Shown: positions 1 through 11,183, counted from the first letter of the stretch. The stretch: 64,000 bases of DNA from Bacteroidetes/Chlorobi group bacterium MS-B_bin-24 (GCA_003731685.1 RCNO01000004.1:2222-66221), one strand, 5' to 3'. Notes: generated by a model from the sequence alone, not told the origin. Translations and numbers: made by a program.

Positions 1-376
1 GCAAACCGACGGGATGAGCAGCACCGATATTTGTTCCCGGTGCCATTGCAGCAATATGGGCGGAAAGGGTTATGAAAACGCCTGCCGAACCGGCACGAGC
101 TCCGCTAGGCGATACATACACAATTATTGGCACCTTAGAGTTTAAAATATTCTGCACTATTTCCCTTGTAGATTCTAAAAGACCCCCGGGGGTATTGAGC
201 TGAATTATCAACCCTTGCAAAGGCATATTTTCAGCCCATCTGATTGCTCTTTCTATTCGTGCACTGCTCGACGGCGTGATTGCTGAGTTGATTTTGAGCA
301 AGCCGAAATCACTTGAATAAGCGATAGAAAAGGCAAAAATTATGTATATAGATACTAACTTAATATAAAACCTCAT
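1..376 (-). CDS. NfeD-like membrane-bound serine protease (ClpP class), N-terminal part; the gene runs off the window
   Basis: My own minus-strand translation from the ATG at 376-374 gives MRFYIKLVSIYIIFAFSIAYS (signal/TM), then LIIQLNTPGGLLESTREIV, VYVSPSGARAGSAGVFI and MAPGTNIGAAHPV. TPGG / GARAxSAG / MAPGT are typical NfeD/SppA-type motifs. It is open-ended, so it is absent from the ORF track. Confidence 0.7.
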   Translation of the reverse strand, partial: MRFYIKLVSIYIIFAFSIAYSSDFGLLKINSAITPSSSARIERAIRWAENMPLQGLIIQLNTPGGLLESTREIVQNILNSKVPIIVYVSPSGARAGSAGVFITLSAHIAAMAPGTNIGAAHPVGL

Positions 377-437
377 AGCTTTAAGATTAATTATACAAAT
401 ATAATTAAAACTGGTAATAAAAATACCAATTATTCAA

Positions 438-2669
438 TCAGTCAACGATTATTGTTTTTGCTTTTGAAATAGAACCTTCGAGAATCTGAACAATGTAAAC
501 GCCCGGTTGCAAAGTGAATGGCAGAACAACAAAGTCCTGATATGCTTTGCCATATACATTGAGTTGAGTCGAGTAAATCTTTTGTCCCAAAAGGTTGTAG
601 ATGTAGAAATTAAGTTTAGTCGAAGTAGGATTGTTTAGTTTGTAGTCGACGAAGAAGCTATACTTTCCGGGAAGCAGAAAGATTTTGAAGCCATCGTTGG
701 AAATTTGTTCTTGGGCGGAAAGGGGATAATCGAGTGCAAAAAGGCCTGCTTCGGTTGCCATAAAAAGAATTTCTCTGCCATTATTTTCGTAATAGTATGC
801 ACGCCAAACATTTGCCTTAGGTCCGGAGCCACCAGACCTGGGTGTCCAAGTAGCTCCTAAATCAGTAGACCGGAAAATAATTGCATATTGCCCAACGAAA
901 TAGACCGTGTCGCCAGTAAATCCTATTGCATTTAGCTTCCTGTTAATAACATTTTTTTCGAGTGTCCAAGTATTGCCACCATCGGTTGTTTTTAGATGGA
1001 AAAACTTGTTTGTTACTACAAATCCAATTGAATCATTAGCAAAGGCAATGTCATTGAATTTAAAAGAGTCGTCGAAAAATTTTAGTTCCAATGAAGAGAA
1101 ATCGGAAGAATGATAAATTTTTCCATTTGCAGTGATGATGTAAATTGAGTTGATTTGTTTAAAAGCGAGACCAGTAATATTCTCGTTTATTGCAAGTGGA
1201 ACTTTTGACCAAGATTTTCCCGAATCTTGTGAAAGAAAGATAGTACCATTTGTTCCGAATGCATAAAGGAAGCCATTGCGGAACTTTAAGCCATTGAAAT
1301 CGCAGGGATAATCGATTCCGAGGTCAGTCCAAGTTTTGCCTGCGTTGGTAGTTCGCAAAATTGTACTTCTTTCGCCAACCACAACACCAATGGTGGTATC
1401 GATAAATACAACTGCTTTCAGATTGTTTTTTGTGGGGAGGTTGATTTTGAACCACTTAAAACCGCCGTTGTAAGTTCTTTGCAAATATCCATTGTCTCCA
1501 CAAATGTAACCATTTTTGGTATTCCAAAAATACATTCCTTTGATATTAGTGGTGTCATCGAGATTATTATTCGAAAAGTATTGTCCACCATTGTAAGTCA
1601 CCCGAAAGATGCCATAATCGCCAGCAGCATAAACGGTATCGTTAAAACATTGAACAGCGTTTAAGTCGGAGTTTGCCCCTAGGCTTTCGATTACCCAATA
1701 CACCTTGTCATCGAAGTTCAACCAAGTTTCGCCGCCATCGGTGGAGATTCTGACAATTCCGACGCCTGGAACGTACATAGTTGATTGAGTACTTAAATCT
1801 TCGGTATATCCGCCGATGAAGATTTCATCCTTGTCGCCACGAGGTTTTACAGCCAAAGCCCAAATGCTTGTATCGGGAAAAGCAAGCAAATCCCAAGTGT
1901 ATCCACCATCGGTGGTTTTGTGTAATCCTCCGTTGTTCTTGTTCAAAGGAAACAAATAGGTAACGACAGCGTAACCCGTACGTGGGTCGCGAGGCGAGAA
2001 TTCGATTCTTGTTATTTCTACATCTTTCTGAAGGCTATCTGGTCGGCGTAAATAATCGCAGAATATCCAAGTATGTCCAGTATCTTGCGAAAGGTAAATT
2101 TCACCATACATACTTCCTGCTAAAATGATATTCGTGCTGTCTTCCCGTAAACCAATTGAACAGATTTCGGTGGGAATTTTGGTAAGCGAGTCCCAAGTGG
2201 CTCCGTTATCAGTGCTTCGATATATTACACCCCATTTGAAATCGCCTGCGTAGATTACATTCGGTTTGTCGGGTTTGTAAAGCATAGCTTTACCATTAAG
2301 GTCGATAGCGTGGTTTTTGGCAAGAACGACTTGCCAAGTTTTTCCTTGGTCCGTTGAACGTACTATGTTGCCAAAATTTAGACCCCCAACAAGAACAATG
2401 TTTGTGTCGTTCGGAAGAATTAGCACATTATTTAGTCGAGATAAACCCATTCTCGCGAATATGACCACAGTGTCCCAAGTGAGTCCACCATCATAAGACC
2501 GATAGACCAGGTTCCCCTCGCCTCCAACGAATATTGTGTTGAGGTTATGTGGATTGACTGCAACGTCGAAAGTAACTGCTGGAAGTACAAGTCGCCAACG
2601 GCTACTTTGCGAAATTAAGATTGTTGATGTTGAAATCAACAAAATTAAGAGAAGAACAAACTTTTTCAT
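438..2669 (-). CDS. Secreted BNR/Ycf48-like repeat beta-propeller protein with T9SS C-terminal sorting domain
   Basis: N-terminal signal peptide. About 11 SxDxGxTW-type motifs (SYDGGLTW, STDQGKTW, STDNGATW, TTDGGYTW, STDGGETW, TTNAGKTW and others). The C-terminal ~80 aa (NPTSTKLNFYIYNLLGQKIY...GVYIVQI) resembles a Por_Secre_tail. Confidence 0.8.
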   Translation of the reverse strand: MKKFVLLLILLISTSTILISQSSRWRLVLPAVTFDVAVNPHNLNTIFVGGEGNLVYRSYDGGLTWDTVVIFARMGLSRLNNVLILPNDTNIVLVGGLNFGNIVRSTDQGKTWQVVLAKNHAIDLNGKAMLYKPDKPNVIYAGDFKWGVIYRSTDNGATWDSLTKIPTEICSIGLREDSTNIILAGSMYGEIYLSQDTGHTWIFCDYLRRPDSLQKDVEITRIEFSPRDPRTGYAVVTYLFPLNKNNGGLHKTTDGGYTWDLLAFPDTSIWALAVKPRGDKDEIFIGGYTEDLSTQSTMYVPGVGIVRISTDGGETWLNFDDKVYWVIESLGANSDLNAVQCFNDTVYAAGDYGIFRVTYNGGQYFSNNNLDDTTNIKGMYFWNTKNGYICGDNGYLQRTYNGGFKWFKINLPTKNNLKAVVFIDTTIGVVVGERSTILRTTNAGKTWTDLGIDYPCDFNGLKFRNGFLYAFGTNGTIFLSQDSGKSWSKVPLAINENITGLAFKQINSIYIITANGKIYHSSDFSSLELKFFDDSFKFNDIAFANDSIGFVVTNKFFHLKTTDGGNTWTLEKNVINRKLNAIGFTGDTVYFVGQYAIIFRSTDLGATWTPRSGGSGPKANVWRAYYYENNGREILFMATEAGLFALDYPLSAQEQISNDGFKIFLLPGKYSFFVDYKLNNPTSTKLNFYIYNLLGQKIYSTQLNVYGKAYQDFVVLPFTLQPGVYIVQILEGSISKAKTIIVD

Positions 2670-2683
2670 AAGCCCTCCTGTGC

Positions 2684-3178
2684 CTATTTAATTATATATG
2701 TTTCTCCTTTAGAGGATTGATAGCGGAAGCGAAAACTTACCTCGTCATAGGGTATTTCAACATCTCGTTTCAATACATTACCTTTTTCGTCAATAAGATT
2801 GCATACCACAGTGTCGAAGGGTTGTTTTTTTGAAGTAAACATAACGAAAACGTAAATTCCGCTTGGATGTTCAACTTTTTCGGGTATAACTTCGATATAG
2901 CCCGTTTTGAAATAATCTTTGTAGAAATAGCCGTATTTGGCGAGTGGGGGAGCCTCGGTTTGCTTGCTTAAAAAGTAACTTTCGATTTTGGGTTGAACAA
3001 TGATTTGGAATATAGATTCACAAACATCGTCGAATAAGTCGATTTCCCGCCAAGGTATTTTTGCTTTTTCCAAAACTGGAACCAATGACAAAATTGCTTC
3101 TCGAAAAAGATAAATTAGTGCCGGTACCCCACTGATTACTTTCGGTCGTTGATTACTTTCCATAACCTTTTTTAACAT
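2684..3178 (-). CDS. Hypothetical protein (164 aa)
   Basis: Clean ORF in the same orientation as, and 15 nt upstream of, the next gene. No recognisable motif. Confidence 0.5.
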   Translation of the reverse strand: MLKKVMESNQRPKVISGVPALIYLFREAILSLVPVLEKAKIPWREIDLFDDVCESIFQIIVQPKIESYFLSKQTEAPPLAKYGYFYKDYFKTGYIEVIPEKVEHPSGIYVFVMFTSKKQPFDTVVCNLIDEKGNVLKRDVEIPYDEVSFRFRYQSSKGETYIIK

Positions 3179-3311
3179 TTGTTAAATAATTAAAAGCAAA
3201 AATATAAATTAAAAAATTAAGAGCAAAAAACAAACTTGGTGAAAAGTGAATTTGAGTTCAGTTTGGGTAGAAATTGAATAATGGGTAATTTTGAATTTAT
3301 TTGGGGTGGAT

Positions 3312-4460
3312 ATGGTTGCAAAAAGAATTTCTGCAATTGAAGATTCAATTTTTGGTTTGATGAGTGCTCTTGCCTTTGAGCATAAGGCTATTAATCTGGG
3401 CCAAGGGTTTCCCGATTTTAGCGGACCCGAGTGGATAATTGAAGCAGCCTACAAATCAATGCTCGAGGGCAAAAACCAATATGCACCTACCCAAGGTATC
3501 CATTCTTTGCGAAAGATAATTTCAGAAGTTTACAGCAGGCATTATGGTGTAGAATTTAGCTTTGAAAATGAAATAACAATAACTGCTGGTGCAACTGAAT
3601 CCTTGTTTTCCACAATTCTTGCTCTTGTTGATGAAGGGGACGAGGTGATTCTGTTTGAACCCTTTTACGATGCTTATCTTTCCGATGTTTTACTTGCTGG
3701 GGGAATTCCAAAATTTGTTACCCTTTACAAACCGGATTTCAAATTCGATTTTAAAGAGTTGGAATCTGCTATTAGTTCCAAAACAAAAGCCATCATTGTG
3801 AACAACCCGCATAACCCAACCGGTAAAGTTTTTTCGCAAGAGGAATTGACTTTTATCTATGAACTTGCTAAAAAATATAATCTTTATATAATTAGCGATG
3901 AAGTTTACGAATTTTTGACTTATGATAATATCCCTCACATTTCCTTTTTAACTCTTGATAGGCAAAGAGAGAGAACAATTATGATTTCATCCACCGGTAA
4001 AACTTTTAGTATGACGGGATGGAAAATTGGGTGGGCTGTTACAAATCCTATTTTGACAGATGCAATTAGAAAAGTGCACCAATGGACAACATTTACAATT
4101 AACACTCCGGGACAGCACGCAATGGCTTATGCATTTTCGAGATTGGACGAGTATCTTCCAATTTTCCGACAAGAGTATCAGGAACGACGAGATATAATGT
4201 TCAACGGGCTTTTGGAAACGAATTTTAAGCCATTTAAGCCCTTTGGTAGTTACTTTTTGATGGTTGAATTTCCGCAGGTTGGAAAGGATGATGTGGAACT
4301 TGCCAAAGAGCTTGTAATAAAATATAAAATAGCCACAATTCCACCTTCACCATTTTACCGAAAGTCGCACGAAGGGAAAACTATGCTTCGCATTTGTTTT
4401 GCAAAAAAGAAAGAAACACTTTTAGAGGGGTTGGAAAAACTTAAACAATTTAGAGTTTAA
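3312..4460 (+). CDS. Class I/II PLP-dependent aminotransferase (YbdL / kynurenine-methionine aminotransferase-like)
   Basis: Motifs LGQGFPDF, NNPHNPTGKVF and SSTGKTFSMTGWKIGW (PLP lysine). The ATG at 3312 is preferred over the TTG at 3291 in the track. Confidence 0.85.
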   Translation: MVAKRISAIEDSIFGLMSALAFEHKAINLGQGFPDFSGPEWIIEAAYKSMLEGKNQYAPTQGIHSLRKIISEVYSRHYGVEFSFENEITITAGATESLFSTILALVDEGDEVILFEPFYDAYLSDVLLAGGIPKFVTLYKPDFKFDFKELESAISSKTKAIIVNNPHNPTGKVFSQEELTFIYELAKKYNLYIISDEVYEFLTYDNIPHISFLTLDRQRERTIMISSTGKTFSMTGWKIGWAVTNPILTDAIRKVHQWTTFTINTPGQHAMAYAFSRLDEYLPIFRQEYQERRDIMFNGLLETNFKPFKPFGSYFLMVEFPQVGKDDVELAKELVIKYKIATIPPSPFYRKSHEGKTMLRICFAKKKETLLEGLEKLKQFRV

Positions 4461-4465
4461 AGGAT

Positions 4466-5224
4466 ATGAAGAAAATATTAATCACGGGTGCTTCGCGAGG
4501 GATTGGTTTTGCCCTTGCAACTAAAATTGCCGATTCAGAAAATGCTAATTTCCATCTCATTGCTCGCAATGAAGCTCGTTTGCTTGAACTTAAAGCCAAA
4601 TTGGAATCCCAGGGTTCCATTGCCAATATTTACCCTTGCGATGTATCGGAGAAAAATAGTTTCCAAAATACAATCAAATTAGCTGCAAGCAAAGCAAGGA
4701 ACTTCGACATTGTTGTTCTGAATGCGGGAATCTCCGAAAACAAATGGATTATGGAAAATAATTATTCAGAGTCATTTGAGCGCATTTATAGGGTGAATGT
4801 TTTCAGTATTGCTTATGCACTTGAAGTTTTGGCAAGTTTGATGGCTGAGAAAGGCATTATAGCAATTGTTAGCTCGCTTGCCGATGTGAGGGGTTTTTTG
4901 TCTAGTAGTGCCTATTGTTCGAGCAAATCGGCTGTGACCCGATTATCCGAGGCTGCAAGGATTGAACTCAAACGAATTGGAATCGATGTCCTAACCATTA
5001 AGCCCGGGTTTGTTCGAACTGATATGACAGCCAAAAATCGTTTCCCAATGCCTTTCTTGATGGACCCCGGAAAAGCTGCCGATATTATTTGGCGGGGGAT
5101 AATTAATCGTAAGAAAATTATTGCCTTCCCTTTCCCAATGGTTCTTTTGACCAAATTTATTGCTTTGCTTCCCAACTGGCTTTTCGATTTTTTAAGTTCT
5201 TTCTATAAACAAAATGGGGTATGA
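4466..5224 (+). CDS. Short-chain dehydrogenase/reductase (SDR) family oxidoreductase
   Basis: TGASRGIG cofactor motif, NAG, and catalytic S...YCSSK (YxxxK). Confidence 0.85.
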   Translation: MKKILITGASRGIGFALATKIADSENANFHLIARNEARLLELKAKLESQGSIANIYPCDVSEKNSFQNTIKLAASKARNFDIVVLNAGISENKWIMENNYSESFERIYRVNVFSIAYALEVLASLMAEKGIIAIVSSLADVRGFLSSSAYCSSKSAVTRLSEAARIELKRIGIDVLTIKPGFVRTDMTAKNRFPMPFLMDPGKAADIIWRGIINRKKIIAFPFPMVLLTKFIALLPNWLFDFLSSFYKQNGV

Positions 5225-5576
5225 CATTTACCAAATATACTTTTATTTAAGAGAAGACGTAGAGGTCTTTATTCCAAGATTCAATCGCATTCTTTGCCGT
5301 AAAGGGTTGTATGTTTATACCGGCAGTGGAGGTAAAAATGTTCTATCCCGAATCAGTAGACACATAAGAAAGAATAAGAAAATGCACTGGCATATTGACT
5401 ATCTTTTGCCATTTGGTAAAGTTGTTTTGATAAAAATCATCAGAAATTTGCCTGAACGCAACGAATGTTTGATAAATCTTGAAACTTTTAGAAAATTTAA
5501 TGGACACTTTCCAATTTTTGGCTTTGGTTCGAGCGATTGCCGAACTTGTCCTTCACATCTAATTAAAATTACCTAA
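5214..5576 (+). CDS. DUF123 / GIY-YIG superfamily (Uri-like) domain protein
   Basis: GLYVYTGSGGKNVLSRISRH...HWHIDYL...ECLIN...GFGSSDCRTCPSHL matches the DUF123 signature as I remember it. The start overlaps the SDR stop (ATGGGGTATGA). Confidence 0.6.
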   Translation: MGYDIYQIYFYLREDVEVFIPRFNRILCRKGLYVYTGSGGKNVLSRISRHIRKNKKMHWHIDYLLPFGKVVLIKIIRNLPERNECLINLETFRKFNGHFPIFGFGSSDCRTCPSHLIKIT

Positions 5577-6699
5577 CCTTGAATGTTGTCATAGCGATTA
5601 TAGCAAGCATTACTGCAACGATGTAGAATCGGATAACAATTTTGGATTCGTGCAATCCTTTCTTTTCGAAATGATGATGTAAAGGTGCAATGAGGAATAA
5701 TCTTCGCCCTTCGCCGTATTTCTTTTTGGTGTATTTAAAATATGAAACTTGAAGTATGACCGACAGGGTTTCGGCAAAGAAAACACCACCAATAATTGGA
5801 AGCAGTAATTCCTTCTTAATAAGAATAGAAATAACACCCAAAGCACTTCCGAGAGCGAGCGAACCAGTATCACCCATAAAAACTTGTGCCGGGTAAGAAT
5901 TGTACCAGAGGAAGCCCAAAGCCGAACCAACTAATGCGGCGCAGAAAATTGTCAATTCCCCCGAACCTTTTAAATAAATAATGTTTAGATAATCCGAGTA
6001 AATAATGTTACCAGTGACATAAGTTATGATTGAAATACTCAAGAAGGCAATACCGACAGTTCCAATTGCCAAGCCATCGAGCCCGTCGGTCAAATTGACT
6101 GCGTTAGATGTTGCAGTGATAATGAATATTACTACTGGAATGTAAAAATAAGAGAAATCGAAGTTGAAATTTTTTGCAAAGGGAACTGTCGTCAATGTAT
6201 TGAATTTCTGAAAGTTGTCGGCAAAGACTTCGGGGAAAAAATAAATCAGTATGCCAACAAAAAGTCCCAAGATAATTTGCCCGAGCAGTTTCCATCTTGC
6301 AATAAGTCCTTTGGGTTTCTTTTTGACAACTTTAAGGTAGTCATCGAGGAAACCAACCAAACCCATCCACAATGTTGCAATGAAAATGGTAATAACATAG
6401 GCATTCCTAACCTCGCCCCAAAGAAGGGTTGGGATTAAAACTGAACAAAGGATAATGATGCCACCCATAGTTGGTGTTCCTGCTTTGAGGGAATGGTTCC
6501 CAACCCCGTTGAGTTCGTTTTTGTTCTGTTCCTTTATCTGTTTCTCTCGCAGATATTTGATAATTTTTGGTCCAATCCAAAAACTAATTAAAAGCGAGGT
6601 AATTGCAGCTGCGGCAGAACGGAATGTAATGTATTGGAAAACACCAAATCCCGGGGGATGTAACACTTGATTAATCCACAATGCAAGATAGTATAACAT
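5569..6699 (-). CDS. mraY: Phospho-N-acetylmuramoyl-pentapeptide transferase
   Basis: Full-length polytopic protein with GTPTMGG, NAVNLTDGLDGLA and MGDTGSLALG motifs. Lies immediately downstream of murF. Confidence 0.95.
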   Translation of the reverse strand: MLYYLALWINQVLHPPGFGVFQYITFRSAAAAITSLLISFWIGPKIIKYLREKQIKEQNKNELNGVGNHSLKAGTPTMGGIIILCSVLIPTLLWGEVRNAYVITIFIATLWMGLVGFLDDYLKVVKKKPKGLIARWKLLGQIILGLFVGILIYFFPEVFADNFQKFNTLTTVPFAKNFNFDFSYFYIPVVIFIITATSNAVNLTDGLDGLAIGTVGIAFLSISIITYVTGNIIYSDYLNIIYLKGSGELTIFCAALVGSALGFLWYNSYPAQVFMGDTGSLALGSALGVISILIKKELLLPIIGGVFFAETLSVILQVSYFKYTKKKYGEGRRLFLIAPLHHHFEKKGLHESKIVIRFYIVAVMLAIIAMTTFKVR

Positions 6700-6702
6700 A
6701 AT

Positions 6703-8097
6703 CTAATTGTTTATTTTATTAACAAATTCCCAAAGAATTTCTTCACATTTCATACCCCTCGAAGCTTTGAAGAGTATAATTTCACCCGGTACGAATGTGT
6801 TAATTAATTGTGCTACAATATCTTGTTTATTTGGGAACCAGCTAACATTTGCTTTGTTTGGAAGTACATCGAAGGCTTTACGCATTTCTTCGCCGTAGAT
6901 AAAAACATTTTGACAAATTTCGCTTGCCAAAGTGATTGTTGCCTTGTGTTCCTCGTGCGAAACTTCACCGAGTTCAAGCATATCGCCCAGAACAGCAATT
7001 TTGGGTTGGTTCGATTCAAAGAGTCGTAAATTTTCCAAAGCCATTTGCATCGAGGAAGGGTTGGCATTGTATGTATCGTTGATGATTACTGCGTTCTTAA
7101 TCTTTTTAATCAGCATTCTGCCTGTTGTGTTTGTTTCTGGAATCGTGAAGGATTCCAAACCTTTAGTAATTTCCTGTTCGGTCAATCCGAATTTGATTCC
7201 TACTGCAACGGCAGGAATGCTTGCAAGAGCGACGGAAAGTCCTGAATTTCGTAACTTAACATTTATGTTTATATCTTCATAATTGAAAGCGATTTCAGGA
7301 ATTAATTCATTGTTTAATTTGATTTTAGCTTGTAAAATAGCATTTTCGTTTGAACCATAAGTAAATTTATTTTCAAGAATCTTTGTATATCGCATAAGCC
7401 GAGGGTCGTCCATATTAACAAATGCGAAGCCAGAATGTTTAAGAAGATAACCAAAAAGGGAAGTTTCTTCCATTTCGACTCCGTCGAGGTCGTAAAAAAA
7501 TTCTAAATGCTCTTTCCCAATGTTTGTTATGACCCCATCCGTTGGTTGAATAATTTCGCATAATCGAGCAATTTCGCCGGGTTGATTAGTGCCGATCTCA
7601 ATTACTGCAACTTGATGTTCCTTTCTTAGTTTGAACAAAGTTTGGGGAACACCAATAAGGTTGTTAAGATTTCCTTCTGTTTTTAAAACATTAAATTTTT
7701 GCGAAAGTATATGGGCTATGAAGTCCTTCGTGGTTGTTTTCCCATTCGAGCCTGCCACAGCTACAAAAGGAATATCGAAGTGCTCTCGGTACAAATTGGC
7801 AAGCTCGCCAAGAAAAAACAAAGAGTCTTTTACAACGATTAAAGGATAGTTGTTCTTTGGATTGGATGTGAACCAATCTTGTTCAACAACGCATAAAGAT
7901 ACCCCTTTGCGAATTGCTTCTTCAACAAAGTTATGCCCATCAAATTTTGAACCACGCAACGCAACGAAAATGTCCCCGGGCTCAATTGTTCTTGTGTCGG
8001 TACTAATATTTTGGATGATAAAATTGTCTGAAATGTTTTCGGTACTTATGATGTCTAAATTTTCGATGACATTATCAAAAGTTAAAAGCGATTCCAT
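6703..8097 (-). CDS. murF: UDP-N-acetylmuramoyl-tripeptide--D-alanyl-D-alanine ligase
   Basis: Mur ligase P-loop AVAGSNGKTTTKD, DTYNANPSSM, and murF-mraY synteny. Confidence 0.9.
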   Translation of the reverse strand: MESLLTFDNVIENLDIISTENISDNFIIQNISTDTRTIEPGDIFVALRGSKFDGHNFVEEAIRKGVSLCVVEQDWFTSNPKNNYPLIVVKDSLFFLGELANLYREHFDIPFVAVAGSNGKTTTKDFIAHILSQKFNVLKTEGNLNNLIGVPQTLFKLRKEHQVAVIEIGTNQPGEIARLCEIIQPTDGVITNIGKEHLEFFYDLDGVEMEETSLFGYLLKHSGFAFVNMDDPRLMRYTKILENKFTYGSNENAILQAKIKLNNELIPEIAFNYEDININVKLRNSGLSVALASIPAVAVGIKFGLTEQEITKGLESFTIPETNTTGRMLIKKIKNAVIINDTYNANPSSMQMALENLRLFESNQPKIAVLGDMLELGEVSHEEHKATITLASEICQNVFIYGEEMRKAFDVLPNKANVSWFPNKQDIVAQLINTFVPGEIILFKASRGMKCEEILWEFVNKINN

Positions 8098-8200
8098 AGC
8101 AATAAAAAATTCAAAATTAATTCAAATTTTTCAAAGTTGAACACATAGTTTTTTCTCTTGCTTTGTAATTGGAGCCATATTTTTAACTTGTCATTTTGAA

Positions 8201-9133
8201 ATGAATAAAATGTTGATAAAATATATCCGAACTTGGATTGGTAAAAAAGAGGTTCAAATATGTTTGGTTGGAATTATTTTCCTACCTATAATAACTTACC
8301 AAATTTCATTCGAATTCAATGGAACTAAAAAAAATATTAAGTACCATTTATTCAAATCTGCAATAGATACACTCTTGAAGCAACGCGTCGATACAGTTTC
8401 TTTGTTTACATTGATTAATGATTACAGAACACATTTCGAGGAAAGATACATAAGGATAAACATTATTGGAAGGACGTTAATAAACCCAAATTTAAAACAG
8501 GAACCGATACCACTCAAAGTTATTGCAAAGTTTATCAAAAATAATTTTGATATTTTGGATAAAGCAGAACGCATTTACGGCATTCCAAAGGGGATAATAG
8601 CTTTAATCCTTTGGGTAGAATCTCGCTTTGGAAGCAACACGGGGAACCATCATATTCTGAGCGTTTTCTTTAGCATTGCTGCTGGTAATGATTTATTGCA
8701 AAATTCTAATGAATTCCGAAGTCATTTCGATATGTTATCGAACAAGGATAGTTTGAATTCAGATATTTTGAAAAGGGCAAAATCGAAACAAGATTTTGCA
8801 TTTAAGGAGTTGAAAGCACTGGTTGAAATTCAAAGCCGGAAAATTCTTGATGTTACAAATTTATTTGGGTCGTATTCGGGTGCATTCGGCATTCCTCAGT
8901 TCCTTCCATCAAGCTACTTGATTTATGGTGCCGATGGGAACGGCGATGGACACGTTGATTTGTTTAATTTGGATGATGCTATTTTTAGCGTTGCTAATTT
9001 CCTGAAACAAAATGGATTCCGCAAAGAGGATGCAAATACATATTTCAAGGCTCTTTTTGCTTACAATAAAAGTTCAGCATATGTTTCGGAAATACTCGAA
9101 GCATACAAGAAATTAAGTAGCGGTGGTTATTAA
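8201..9133 (+). CDS. Lytic murein transglycosylase (MltB/SLT_2-like)
   Basis: WVESRFG (catalytic Glu context), GAFGIPQFLPSSY, and YNKSSAYV near the C-terminus. Confidence 0.7.
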   Translation: MNKMLIKYIRTWIGKKEVQICLVGIIFLPIITYQISFEFNGTKKNIKYHLFKSAIDTLLKQRVDTVSLFTLINDYRTHFEERYIRINIIGRTLINPNLKQEPIPLKVIAKFIKNNFDILDKAERIYGIPKGIIALILWVESRFGSNTGNHHILSVFFSIAAGNDLLQNSNEFRSHFDMLSNKDSLNSDILKRAKSKQDFAFKELKALVEIQSRKILDVTNLFGSYSGAFGIPQFLPSSYLIYGADGNGDGHVDLFNLDDAIFSVANFLKQNGFRKEDANTYFKALFAYNKSSAYVSEILEAYKKLSSGGY

Positions 9134-9193
9134 ATTTATGAATTTGAAAAAAAATTGCTTTGGGATAGTTAATTTTGTTTTTTTGTGGTGGTT

Positions 9194-10924
9194 ATGAATA
9201 ACGAAATGAACAATATGATGAGCGAGGAAGAAAAGGAAAGAATAGCACGAAATTTTATTCGACAAATAATCATTGAGGATTTGAAGACCAACAAGTGGGG
9301 AGGCCGTGTTCACACCCGATTTCCTCCCGAGCCAAATGGATACTTGCATATTGGTCATGCAAAAAGTATTTGCTTGAATTTTGGACTTGCCGAAGAGTTT
9401 GGTGGCTTGTGCAATTTGCGCTTTGATGATACGAATCCCACAAAAGAAGATGAAGAATATGTGAATGCCATCATCGAAGATGTTCGGTGGTTGGGTTTCG
9501 ACTGGGGCGACAGAATGTATTTTGCTTCGGATTACTTCGACCAGCTATATGAATATGCTGTACGATTGATTAAAATGGGCAAAGCATACGTATGCGATTT
9601 GTCCCAAGAGGAAATCCGACAAACACGCGGAACCCTAACCGAACCCGGTATTGAAAGCCCATATCGTAACCGCTCGGTGGAAGAGAACCTTGAACTTTTT
9701 GAGCGTATGCGAAAAGGGGAATTCCCCGACTTCGCCAAAACCTTGCGGGCAAAGATTGATATGGCATCTCCAAATCTAAATATGCGTGACCCCGTGATTT
9801 ATCGTATTAAACACGCTACTCACCATCGAACTGGGGATAAATGGTGCATTTACCCGATGTATGATTTCACTCACTGCCTTTCAGACTCAATCGAAAGAAT
9901 TACGCATTCAATTTGTACATTAGAATTCGAAGACCATAGACCTCTTTACGATTGGTTTCTTGACCAGTTGGGAGTTTATCATCCGCAACAAATAGAATTT
10001 GCTCGGTTAAATCTTTCCTATACTGTTCTAAGTAAACGAAAGTTGTTAGAATTGGTTCAGCGGGGAATTGTGGATGGATGGGATGACCCGCGAATGCCTA
10101 CAATTCGTGGTTTACGGCGACGCGGATACACACCTGAATCAATTCGTAATTTTGCAGAAATTATTGGTGTTTCGAAGAAAGAGAGCATAGTCGATATTGC
10201 AGTTCTGGAGCACTGCATTCGGGACGATTTAAACAAGAGGGCTCAAAGAGCATTCGTTGTTCTCAATCCTCTGAAAGTTATAATTGATAATTATCCCGAC
10301 GACCTTGTCGAAGAGATGGATGCGATTAATAATCCCGAGGATTTGTCGATGGGCACTCGCAAAGTTCCTTTTTCGAAGGAACTTTACATCGAAAGAGATG
10401 ATTTTATGGAAAATCCGCCCAAAAAGTATTATAGACTGGCTCCGGGAAGAGAAGTCCGCCTCCGCTATGCATATTATATAACTTGTACCGATGTAGTCAA
10501 AGACCCACAAACTGGCGAAATCGTCGAAGTTCATTGTACCTATGACCCTGCCACTCGTGGCGGAAGTTCTCCGGATGGTCGAAAAGTTCTTGGGACTATT
10601 CATTGGGTTTCGGCAAGGCATTGTTTCCCCGTCGAAGTTCGGCTTTACGATAGATTGTTTATCAAAGAGAATCCCAACGATGTTGAAGAAGGCAAAACTT
10701 TTCTGGATTACATAAATCCAAATTCATTAGAGATAAAGACTGGATATGCCGAGCCATTTTTGAAAGATGCAAAGCCCGAAGAACGTTTCCAATTTGAAAG
10801 GATTGGGTATTTCTGTGTGGATTCGAAATATTCCAAGCCCGGGAAACCAGTTTTCAATCGAACAGTAACTTTGAAAGACACTTGGTCGAAAATTCTGAAA
10901 TCTTTGCAAGAATCAAATGAATAA
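9194..10924 (+). CDS. glnS: Glutamine--tRNA ligase
   Basis: [17 protein letters not shown] (HIGH), VLSKRKL (KMSKS-like), and a GlnRS-type anticodon-binding C-terminus. The ATG at 9194 is preferred over the GTG at 9185. Confidence 0.95.
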   Translation: MNNEMNNMMSEEEKERIARNFIRQIIIEDLKTNKWGGRVHTRFPPEPNGYLHIGHAKSICLNFGLAEEFGGLCNLRFDDTNPTKEDEEYVNAIIEDVRWLGFDWGDRMYFASDYFDQLYEYAVRLIKMGKAYVCDLSQEEIRQTRGTLTEPGIESPYRNRSVEENLELFERMRKGEFPDFAKTLRAKIDMASPNLNMRDPVIYRIKHATHHRTGDKWCIYPMYDFTHCLSDSIERITHSICTLEFEDHRPLYDWFLDQLGVYHPQQIEFARLNLSYTVLSKRKLLELVQRGIVDGWDDPRMPTIRGLRRRGYTPESIRNFAEIIGVSKKESIVDIAVLEHCIRDDLNKRAQRAFVVLNPLKVIIDNYPDDLVEEMDAINNPEDLSMGTRKVPFSKELYIERDDFMENPPKKYYRLAPGREVRLRYAYYITCTDVVKDPQTGEIVEVHCTYDPATRGGSSPDGRKVLGTIHWVSARHCFPVEVRLYDRLFIKENPNDVEEGKTFLDYINPNSLEIKTGYAEPFLKDAKPEERFQFERIGYFCVDSKYSKPGKPVFNRTVTLKDTWSKILKSLQESNE

Positions 10925-11183
10925 ATTACAAAGGTATGAAATGAGTATTGAGGATGAAAAACTTTTTAACGAAGTCAAAAAAGTCATAGAAAGGGAAATT
11001 CGTCCAATAATCGAAGCCGATGGAGGACGGATAATGCTCCGGAAGGTGGATTCGGGTGTGGTTTATGTTTCCCTTTCTGGTGCCTGTGCTGGATGCCCCG
11101 GTGCAGTAATGACATTGCGGGGCGGAGTTGAAAGAATTTTGAAAATGCGAATCAAAGAAGTTAAAGCTGTTAAACTTGCTTAA
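10917..11183 (+). CDS. NifU-like Fe-S cluster assembly domain protein
   Basis: [10 protein letters not shown]...[21 protein letters not shown] is the Nfu/NifU C-terminal CxxC motif. Confidence 0.8.
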   Translation: MNKLQRYEMSIEDEKLFNEVKKVIEREIRPIIEADGGRIMLRKVDSGVVYVSLSGACAGCPGAVMTLRGGVERILKMRIKEVKAVKLA

